From sequence record SRR31156797_9223: a stretch of DNA of 20,000 bases. One strand, written 5' to 3'. Of the stretch, positions 8,396 through 15,745 are shown piece after piece (position 1 is the stretch's first letter; each line of letters begins with the position of its first letter). Below the pieces are notes generated by a model. That model was not told where the DNA came from, ran no database searches, and saw nothing but the letters and a program-made list of their open reading frames with translations. The position numbers and the translations under genes are program-made.

Positions 8396-9927
8396 CCGTT
8401 CAGGACTTTATCTTTCAGCTCCCTTTTGAGGATCTTTCCAGTCGCTGTCATAGGGAGGTTATTCTCTATGTGTATCTGCTTAGGCAGTTTATAGTTAGCC
8501 AGATGCTCTTTCAGGTAAACTTTCAATTCTTTATCGCTCACCGCAACGTCTTCTTTCGGTTTGATATAGGCTACAGGTATCTCACCGCTAGCCTTGTCCG
8601 GAAGTCCGATAACTGCCGCCGCTTCAACACCGTCGTGCTTATGAAGAACTTCCTCAATCTCTCTAGGGTAAACATTTATCCCCTTTACAATAATGAGATC
8701 CTTCTTACGGTCAACGATATAGATATAGCCGTCTTCGTCAATCTTTGCGAGATCGCCTGTGAACAGCCATCCGTTGCGGAGTGTTTCGTCTGTTAGCCCG
8801 GGCATGTTCCAGTAGCCCTGCATAACATTAGGTCCCTTAACGATAAGCTCGCCGACTTCGCCTGTCGGCATCTCTTTCTCGTTTTCGTCAACCACAGCGA
8901 CTTTTACACCTTTAACAGCCGGACCTACGGATAATGGCTTCTGAAGTTTAAGCTTATTAGCCGCCACAACAGGTGAAGCCTCTGAGAGCCCATACCCTTC
9001 AACTATCGGTCTGCCGAATTTCTCTTTGAACTGGTTAAGTGTCTCCTCAGGCAGAGGAGCACCGCCGCTCACGTGTAGACGGATAGGGTAGAGGTACTTG
9101 ATGAAGAATTTAGGCATCTTAGATTTGATAAGAGCCGTATAAACTTGTGGTACGCCAAGGAAAAAGGTAGGGCGTTTGTATAGAAGTATCTTTTTAAATG
9201 TTTTCTTTTTAAGGTCGTTCACAGACTCAAGGATGATGATGGATGACCCCACATAAGTAGGCAGCACAATACATGTCATCATTGCGTATGAGTGGAATGA
9301 CGGCAGGAACAGAAGGAACCTGTCTTTGATATTCACCTTAAATCTGCTGAGGCAAGCCGCCGCATTAGAGGTCATGTTATCGTGGGTGAGCATAGCTCCC
9401 TTCGGATGACCTGTTGTTCCTGATGAATATATGAATACCGCAAGGTCGTCTTTTGTCATGCCGAGGTCTGGGTTTTCATTGCCCATAAGCTCACATGCAA
9501 CTGTAGCATTTTCAGATTCGAAGCTTGTTTCTGTGTATGCGAGAACTGATGTAATCTCATTAACCACACTTGTTATGCCGGTTGCGACATTTTCAAAGTT
9601 TTGTGAAGTGATGAATAGCTTCGCACCGCAGTCGTTAAGCATATATGCAACTTCCTCTTGTTTAAGGAAGGTGTTAACAGGAACGGCAACACAGCCAGCC
9701 TTTAGAACTCCGAAAAAAGTAACGAAGAACTCCGGACTGTTATCGAGCATTATCCCAACTCGGTCACCTTTCTCTAACCCTTTGGAAATGATCAGGTGAG
9801 CTAGCTGGTTAGCACGTGTGTTTATCTCGCCGTATGTAAATTTGTCGTCTTTAAAAAATAAATATTTGCTCTTTTTGTTTCTGTCAGCTCTGTTTTCTAA
9901 AAGCTGATGTACTACATCAATATGCAT
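8392..9927 (-). CDS. Long-chain fatty acid--CoA ligase (AMP-binding family)
   Basis: YSSGTTGHPKG, EGYGLSE, GPNVMQGYW, GWLFTGDLA, DRKKDLII, TGKILK. Start taken as ATG 9927 after a G-rich RBS. Stop overlaps the priA ATG (ATGA). Confidence 0.92.
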   Translation of the reverse strand: MHIDVVHQLLENRADRNKKSKYLFFKDDKFTYGEINTRANQLAHLIISKGLEKGDRVGIMLDNSPEFFVTFFGVLKAGCVAVPVNTFLKQEEVAYMLNDCGAKLFITSQNFENVATGITSVVNEITSVLAYTETSFESENATVACELMGNENPDLGMTKDDLAVFIYSSGTTGHPKGAMLTHDNMTSNAAACLSRFKVNIKDRFLLFLPSFHSYAMMTCIVLPTYVGSSIIILESVNDLKKKTFKKILLYKRPTFFLGVPQVYTALIKSKMPKFFIKYLYPIRLHVSGGAPLPEETLNQFKEKFGRPIVEGYGLSEASPVVAANKLKLQKPLSVGPAVKGVKVAVVDENEKEMPTGEVGELIVKGPNVMQGYWNMPGLTDETLRNGWLFTGDLAKIDEDGYIYIVDRKKDLIIVKGINVYPREIEEVLHKHDGVEAAAVIGLPDKASGEIPVAYIKPKEDVAVSDKELKVYLKEHLANYKLPKQIHIENNLPMTATGKILKRELKDKVLNG

Positions 9928-10519
9928 TAAGCCCCCCCGGGCGCACTCCAAACTTGATAAGTCTTTCGAAAAGCTCAGCTACAGGGAGTCCTACGACATT
10001 GTCATAGCAGCCGTCGATCTTCTCAACCATGAGACTGCCTTTCCCCTGAATAGCGTATGAACCAGCCTTATCAAAAGGTTCTTCTGATTTCATATACCAT
10101 CTGATGAAATCATCAGAGTAGTTTTTAAAGTATACATCAGTTGTTCTGTGAAATCTCTCACAGACATCTGCTTTTTTGTTAATAATAGCAACACCTGTTG
10201 TTACCTGATGCTTTTTACCCCTTAGGAACTGGAGAGCATCCATGATGTCTTCCTCCCCTTTAGGCTTGCCGAATATTCTATCTTCGCAGGAGACGATAGT
10301 GTCAGCGGCGATGATAAAAGCCTCATCGTAAAGGCTAGCTACTGAATAGCCCTTCATTGCGGCATTTTTTATAGTGAGGTCACCGACTGCGATATTAGAG
10401 CTCATGTCCTCTTTTGCATTTGCAGTGACGTATTGAAAATTTAGGCCTAGACGTGTCATCAGCTCTCTTCTTCTTGGAGAACCGCTTGCGAGAATTATTT
10501 TTTGAATATGAAAGTGCAC
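9917..10519 (-). CDS. maf: Maf/YhdE-type nucleoside triphosphate pyrophosphatase
   Basis: IILASGSPRRRELM, AADTIV, FGKP, DKAGSYAIQG, G.YDNVVGLP. GTG start. Confidence 0.93.
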   Translation of the reverse strand: MHFHIQKIILASGSPRRRELMTRLGLNFQYVTANAKEDMSSNIAVGDLTIKNAAMKGYSVASLYDEAFIIAADTIVSCEDRIFGKPKGEEDIMDALQFLRGKKHQVTTGVAIINKKADVCERFHRTTDVYFKNYSDDFIRWYMKSEEPFDKAGSYAIQGKGSLMVEKIDGCYDNVVGLPVAELFERLIKFGVRPGGLNAY

Positions 10520-11025
10520 TCTTCAACCTCTGGAAAGTATTTTAAAATCTGTATGGTTATATAGCCCGTAACAGTACCTGTGAGCACTGAAAAGAACATA
10601 AAATATGGTAATAAGTTATAAATCGCATCCGTTTTTATGTAAAGGTTTTTTACAGCGATAAACTGGACTGTAATGTGTATCACAGCGCCAAGAGCACCTG
10701 CTGACAGAGGGGATGTAAACCTGCGTAAAGCGTATATAAATATAGCCATTGATAGTGTTGCACACATGGTTGCAGGCATACTTATCGACATCTTAACTAG
10801 TAAGTTGCCTGTCAGTAAAGGTACTAAGATTGATTTCGCCAGAGCGACATATACAGCCGCCGGAAGATCCAGTATGTAAAGGCATAGCATTATGCCGACA
10901 TTCGATAGACCTATCCTCACTCCTGGTACGGGGAGGGCGATGAATGTTTCGAATACCCCAAGGGTAACAGTCATAGCCGCAAAAAGTCCGGTGAGCGCAA
11001 GCTTATTATTGTGAGATTGCGTCAT
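10495..11025 (-). CDS. Gx transporter family / heptaprenyl diphosphate synthase component I-like membrane protein (EetB-like)
   Basis: E..I.LPVPGVRIGLSN, S..GA..H...Q, LLP, TG..TG; multiple hydrophobic helices. Start ATG 11025 with GAGGA RBS. Confidence 0.85.
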   Translation of the reverse strand: MTQSHNNKLALTGLFAAMTVTLGVFETFIALPVPGVRIGLSNVGIMLCLYILDLPAAVYVALAKSILVPLLTGNLLVKMSISMPATMCATLSMAIFIYALRRFTSPLSAGALGAVIHITVQFIAVKNLYIKTDAIYNLLPYFMFFSVLTGTVTGYITIQILKYFPEVEECTFIFKK

Positions 11026-11347
11026 ACTCGTCCTCACTGCACTCCATAACGAGTGCGTATTTGTTAGGCACACATGCGGAAACGTCTCCGCATTTTTTCA
11101 CCCAGCCTGTTTTGATGCAGGTTTTGTTTGGGCAGTCGCTCTCAATAAAGCGTGCACCTTCAACTGTTACTTCAAGTATTACATCTCCATCGTCAAGTTT
11201 GATTAATCCTTGTTCTAATGGGATATGTTTCTTTTCTATATTGCTTATAAGGTAGAGCTTTTTGTCCCCTTTACTTGAGGGAATAAATAAGGCGGCTATC
11301 AAAAGTAGTGTGATTATGACCAGAATATCGGTCTTAGTTGGTTTCAA
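11006..11347 (-). CDS. NusG domain II / DUF1312 membrane-anchored protein (EetA-like)
   Basis: N-terminal hydrophobic helix (DILVIITLLLIAALFIP), then ESDCPNKTCIKTGWV...CVPNK and C-terminal YDAISQ. TTG 11347 preferred over ATG 11380. Confidence 0.85.
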   Translation of the reverse strand: MKPTKTDILVIITLLLIAALFIPSSKGDKKLYLISNIEKKHIPLEQGLIKLDDGDVILEVTVEGARFIESDCPNKTCIKTGWVKKCGDVSACVPNKYALVMECSEDEYDAISQ

Positions 11348-12239
11348 ATTTTTCCCATCCGCACAGTTTTTTGAGTTCATTTTTTCTGGTGTAAAGGAGA
11401 ACCGGAGTTTTCTGTTGTTGGCAGATAATATTTATCTCCTGCTCGGTTAAAAGGAAAAATACTGTAGCGAGACCGTCAGCTCTTTCCGCTGTATCTGCTA
11501 TGACGCTCACGCTTGTGTACATAACAGGGTTTTTACCTGTGGTTGCATCGAATATATGGAAAATCTTTTTGCCGTCCTTTTCAAAGAAACGCTCATAGTC
11601 GCCGCTTGTAGCAAGGGCTTTATCGTTGAGGTTTAAGATAGATAAGAACTTATCTGGCTCTGATGGGTGCTTAACGGCTACACGCCATTTACGGTCCCCT
11701 TTAAAACCGAGAGCGTAAAGGTCGCCTCCTGCATTTACCATCGCATTTTTTATATCTTTTGACTTTATATAATCTATAGCTCTGTCTACAATATACCCTT
11801 TGGAGTATGCTCCTGTATCCATCAGGACATCATTTCTATCTTTAATCTTCTGCACCGCAATGACCAGCTCGTCATCAGACGGTATCCTGTAAGGTCCCTC
11901 GTGGAAGCCGTACATTTTAGATATGGTATAGGCGTATATGCTGAATTTACCGTCAGTCATATCTTCGTACTCTTTACCGATAGCCACAAGCTTCGCCATA
12001 ATGCCTTCGAATTTAAGGTCTTTGATTTTATTTGCTGTTTCAGTGGATGATTTTACCCTGTTTTCAAGCTGTTGTATCTCTGCTCGTATGTCGATAGATT
12101 TTTCAAAATGCTTCTCCGGAAGGGTGACGGAAACGAATGTTCCCATACTGTAGAAATTCTCTTTGCGATATTCCTCTTTACCACATCCGGTTGTGAAAAT
12201 CAGAAGTGCAGTGAGAGTGATGTAGAGCAGTTTTTGCAT
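11334..12239 (-). CDS. apbE: FAD:protein FMN transferase lipoprotein
   Basis: Lipoprotein signal ending TTGC; MGT, D.GAYSKGYIVD, VNAGGDL, WRVAV.HP, ATSGDYERFF, HIFDATTG, SVSV.A....ADGLAT. Confidence 0.93.
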   Translation of the reverse strand: MQKLLYITLTALLIFTTGCGKEEYRKENFYSMGTFVSVTLPEKHFEKSIDIRAEIQQLENRVKSSTETANKIKDLKFEGIMAKLVAIGKEYEDMTDGKFSIYAYTISKMYGFHEGPYRIPSDDELVIAVQKIKDRNDVLMDTGAYSKGYIVDRAIDYIKSKDIKNAMVNAGGDLYALGFKGDRKWRVAVKHPSEPDKFLSILNLNDKALATSGDYERFFEKDGKKIFHIFDATTGKNPVMYTSVSVIADTAERADGLATVFFLLTEQEINIICQQQKTPVLLYTRKNELKKLCGWEKFETN

Positions 12240-13183
12240 ATATTATTATCCGTCAGGCATGTGGTTTTATAGCCTGTTCTTTCGATTATCTTAGCGTTAC
12301 ATTTTGGGCAGTATGTGTCTGATGCACCGTCTATCTGTGCATTTCCAATATAAACATAACTCAGATGCCTGCCAGCTATATCTTTTAATCTTAGCAGAAG
12401 TGGCTCGGAAGTGATGTCCTTTTCGCTTCGATATTGCGGAAAATGTCTGGAAAGGTGAAGAGGTATATCTTTACTGACACCTGCGATGAACTTACACATC
12501 TCTTCGAATGTCGCCTCATCATCATTTAGCTCAGGTATCACAAGGTTCGTGATCTCTATGTGTGTGCCAGCTTTATGAGCTGTCTCGATCGTTTTTAAGG
12601 TGGTCTGAAGGTATCCGCCTTCTCTGGTGTAAAATTCTTCTGTAAAGCCTTTCAGGTCGATATTCATAGCATCAATTAACGGGAGAAGCTCTTCGAGCGG
12701 CTCATCACTGATCTGACCGTTGGTCACCATTACATTTTTCTGACCTGCATCGTTAAAAACCTTTGCGCAGTCATATACAAACTCGTACCAGATTATCGGC
12801 TCGTTATATGTGTAGGCTATACCAACTGAGTTGTTATCTGTGGAGAGTTTTAAGAGTCTTTCTGCGGTGACGCCGTCTCTCCGTGTCTCCTGTGTACTTA
12901 TCTGCCAGTTCTGACAGTAGTGGCATTTCATATTACAGCCGTTAGTGCCGACAGAGAGTATGTTTCTGGCCGGGTGGAAATGATATAAAGGTTTCTTCTC
13001 TATAGGATCTATGGATAAAGAACAAGGTTCGGCGTATGCTGTCTGATAAAGTTTACCTGAGTGGTTCTGACGTATGAGGCACTTACCTTTACCGCCAACA
13101 CTGATATGACACCTGTGAGGGCATAAGTTGCAGATTACCCTGAAAGATTTGCCACGTTCCCAGTGCTTCGCAGGCACGTCCAT
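12200..13183 (-). CDS. amrS: AmmeMemoRadiSam system radical SAM enzyme
   Basis: N-terminal CNLCPHRC...G.C..R.N, DPIEKKPLYHFHP, GCNMKCHYCQNWQIS, AYTYNEP, NIDLKGF, C-terminal TYCPKC...C..C. Confidence 0.9.
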   Translation of the reverse strand: MDVPAKHWERGKSFRVICNLCPHRCHISVGGKGKCLIRQNHSGKLYQTAYAEPCSLSIDPIEKKPLYHFHPARNILSVGTNGCNMKCHYCQNWQISTQETRRDGVTAERLLKLSTDNNSVGIAYTYNEPIIWYEFVYDCAKVFNDAGQKNVMVTNGQISDEPLEELLPLIDAMNIDLKGFTEEFYTREGGYLQTTLKTIETAHKAGTHIEITNLVIPELNDDEATFEEMCKFIAGVSKDIPLHLSRHFPQYRSEKDITSEPLLLRLKDIAGRHLSYVYIGNAQIDGASDTYCPKCNAKIIERTGYKTTCLTDNNICKNCSTSLSLHF

Positions 13184-13187
13184 ATGA

Positions 13188-14162
13188 TTACTTTTCCCTT
13201 GCCACCATATAGTCAGCTAAGAAATCGAGGGCGGCTCTGTATTCGTTATCTTCGAACTGGTGAAGGTTCGTTTTTGCTTTCTGGATATACTCATCAACCA
13301 CAAGCTCAGATTTAGCCTTAACGTCGTATCTGTGCATAAGATCAAGTATGTAGTGCAGATTTTCTTCTGATGCACGTTCTTCCACTATAATAGTACGAAT
13401 ACGTTTCTGCTCGTCCTCTGTAGCATTTTCAAGGAGAGTGATTATAGGGAGTGTGATCTTACCTTCGTTAAGGTCTGTGCCAGGTTTTTTACCTGTTTTC
13501 TCAGGATCTCCGAGGTAGTCGAGGATGTCGTCCGCCATCTGGAAAGCGATCCCGAGGGTTTTACCAAACTCACGAAGTGCCACCTGCTTCTCCTCCGGCA
13601 TATTACCGAGGATAGCGCCTATTTCGCAGCAGCTTGAGAAGAGTACAGCAGTTTTAGAGATGATGATCTTGAGGTAATCATCCATGGTGATCTTTACGTC
13701 TGCTGTCTTTATAAGTTGAAAAACCTCACCCTCACTCATTGTGCGGGCAGCAACAGCGAGGATCATCTGAATGTTCTCATCGCCGTCTTTAACCAGGTTC
13801 ATAAATGCTCTGGAATATAAGAAGTCTCCGCAGAGAACTGTGATGTCGTTACCGAAAACATTGTTTGCGCTCTCTTTACCTCTGCGGTATTTAGCTCCGT
13901 CGATGACATCATCATGAAGGAGTGTCGCCGTGTGGATGTATTCAACCACACCTGAGATATCCACGAATCTTTTACCTTCGTACCCACACATAAGTGCAGA
14001 GAGGATAAGGAAGACAGGGCGGAGTCTTTTACCACCGCTTTCGAAAACGTAGGAAGCGACTTTATTAACCATCTCGACATCAGAATCGAGGTTATCTAAA
14101 AGGTTTTGCTCGACAGCTTCACGCTGTTTTTCAACGAGTTTTAATACATCACTAATGTTCAT
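13188..14162 (-). CDS. Long-chain polyprenyl diphosphate synthase (IspB/HepT/DmkB-like)
   Basis: GGKRLRP, EYIHTATLLHDDVID...RRG, GDFLY, EGE..Q, KTA, AFQMADDILD, GK..G.DL.EGKITLP. ATG 14162 with GGAG upstream; TTG 14171 is an alternative. Confidence 0.93.
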   Translation of the reverse strand: MNISDVLKLVEKQREAVEQNLLDNLDSDVEMVNKVASYVFESGGKRLRPVFLILSALMCGYEGKRFVDISGVVEYIHTATLLHDDVIDGAKYRRGKESANNVFGNDITVLCGDFLYSRAFMNLVKDGDENIQMILAVAARTMSEGEVFQLIKTADVKITMDDYLKIIISKTAVLFSSCCEIGAILGNMPEEKQVALREFGKTLGIAFQMADDILDYLGDPEKTGKKPGTDLNEGKITLPIITLLENATEDEQKRIRTIIVEERASEENLHYILDLMHRYDVKAKSELVVDEYIQKAKTNLHQFEDNEYRAALDFLADYMVAREK

Positions 14163-14241
14163 CCGGTACAAACTCCAGTAACTTTCGATTGTTGAATTAT
14201 TAAATCAGGTATATGTTATTAATACATGTTCAAACACATGT

Positions 14242-14270
14242 AGAATATACGATAATCTTTACAGTGTAAA
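14242..14270 (-). promoter_or_regulatory. Putative sigma70 promoter of the eight-gene minus-strand operon
   Basis: Minus strand TTTACA (14270-14265), 17-nt spacer, TATTCT (14247-14242). Flanked by two inverted repeats. Confidence 0.5.
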
Positions 14271-14286
14271 GCGAAAGGTAACAGTT

Positions 14287-14961
14287 TTGAGCTATAGAGG
14301 ACTTGAAGATACACATCTGACTTATTACAAACTTTTGGACGGGATGAATATCCGTACCGGGGGTAAAGTGTGCGATTCATCGTTTAATGATTTTGTTACT
14401 GCTAAATATCTGGCAGAGAAGAATATATTCGATAAAGTATACGCTCTTACAGTGGATAGACTTATCGTTCAGGATAAGATAGAGCCTCTCCGGTGTGGTC
14501 CTATGATAGCCCAGACAATGAGGCGGGTGCGTGTTGATGCACACATATGTCTCGGCGGAACATTTAACTATATTCCTGTGCACGATGTTACTCACGCACT
14601 CCATAGCTCTATGAACGCAGGCGGAAGCTTATATGTTGCTGTTTATCCAAACATTTACGATTCTCAGGGGCGTGATGTCCTTATGATGTTATCCGACCAT
14701 GCGCAGATAGCTGTTAAGGATAAGCTGAACCGCTGGGCTGTGACAGTTACCAACAGTATTACTAACCTCTTTATAGGGCTTAAGACGGAAGAGGTTATCT
14801 GTGATTCAAGCATAGGCGAGATAATATCGCTCTTCTCTGCGGAGCATTATAAAGGTCAGCTTTTCAGAAGCAACGCAGAGTATGAAAAGTTTTTCCAGCC
14901 GCTCAGTGCGGATCAAAAATATTATATGTCTTGGAACGTATTAAAGGGGATAAGAAGATGA
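14287..14961 (+). CDS. Hypothetical protein, probable degenerate class I SAM-methyltransferase fold
   Basis: 224-aa ORF, TTG start after AAAGGT, stop overlaps the ridA ATG. Pattern GGKVCD...LA....KVYAL.VD...VDAHI...TFNYI...M.AGGSLYV follows the order of Rossmann methyltransferase motifs. Confidence 0.65.
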   Translation: MSYRGLEDTHLTYYKLLDGMNIRTGGKVCDSSFNDFVTAKYLAEKNIFDKVYALTVDRLIVQDKIEPLRCGPMIAQTMRRVRVDAHICLGGTFNYIPVHDVTHALHSSMNAGGSLYVAVYPNIYDSQGRDVLMMLSDHAQIAVKDKLNRWAVTVTNSITNLFIGLKTEEVICDSSIGEIISLFSAEHYKGQLFRSNAEYEKFFQPLSADQKYYMSWNVLKGIRR

Positions 14962-15338
14962 ATGTACCATTTCACACTACAAACGCACCGGACGCAATAG
15001 GTCCTTACTCTCAGGCAGTTATGACAACTGGTAATATGCTTTTTGTATCAGGTCAGATACCTCTTGTACCAGCTACTATGGAGATTATAGAAGGTGGGGT
15101 TGAAAAGCAGACGTCTAGGTGCCTTACGTCACTACTCTGCATAGTTGAGGATGCTGGTTTCACTAAGCAGACTATCGCAAAAGTAACTATATACATCAAA
15201 GATATGGATGACTTCGCTAAAATTAACGAGGTTTACGCTGATTTTATGGGAGAGCACAGACCAGCCAGAGCTGTTGTCGAGGTTGCGAGGCTTCCGAAGG
15301 ATGTACTTGTTGAGATAGACTGTATCTGTAGCAGGTAA
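14958..15338 (+). CDS. ridA: RidA/YjgF enamine-imine deaminase
   Basis: APDAIGPYSQA, FVSGQIP, F..INEVY, PARAVVEVARLPKDVLVEIDC (catalytic Arg present). Start ATG 14958 after AAGGGG. Confidence 0.92.
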   Translation: MNVPFHTTNAPDAIGPYSQAVMTTGNMLFVSGQIPLVPATMEIIEGGVEKQTSRCLTSLLCIVEDAGFTKQTIAKVTIYIKDMDDFAKINEVYADFMGEHRPARAVVEVARLPKDVLVEIDCICSR

Positions 15339-15745
15339 TAACCTGTTTAGTAGGTACTCACCGGTATTGTCCTGACCGTAATGACTTATTTATAATCTGA
15401 TAAAAAACAGACCTATTATTCTATAATTATAGATATATCTGTTTGGTTGGTGATTTTTCTACGCTTTAACAATTAAATATTTGATATATTTAACTGTTTT
15501 TTTCACTATTCTTTTTGTTATTTATACTTATGGGATTTTTTAAAGAAATGTATGGTTAATCAGCTATATTTTCTCTGACAAAATTGATCTTTATTCAATA
15601 TTATTAAACATCGTTATTATATTGTGCTAATATTAAATATCAATAAATAAACAATTCATTATAACTAAACTTTTATTCATGCAAAGTAGGGGTGCTTTTG
15701 CTTAAAATAATCGCAATGGGCTACTATTATAAGTGGAGGTGTGAA

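Noticed and set aside
8392..9927. Acyl-CoA ligase as MenE of menaquinone synthesis
   Set aside because: No other men genes are nearby, and length and motifs fit a generic long-chain acyl-CoA ligase.
803..14604. Many 60-150 aa ORFs nested in or antisense to assigned genes (e.g. 4076-4516, 5540-5908, 8344-8796, 9431-9799)
   Set aside because: They overlap well-supported genes and show no protein-family features.
15584..15598. FNR-like box TTGATctttATTCAA
   Set aside because: Spacing is one base off the TTGAT-N4-ATCAA consensus, in very AT-rich DNA.
15692..15745. N-terminal extension of the MCP ORF from the ORF track
   Set aside because: GGAGG at 15735 supports TTG 15746, and the extension does not look like an MCP N-terminus.
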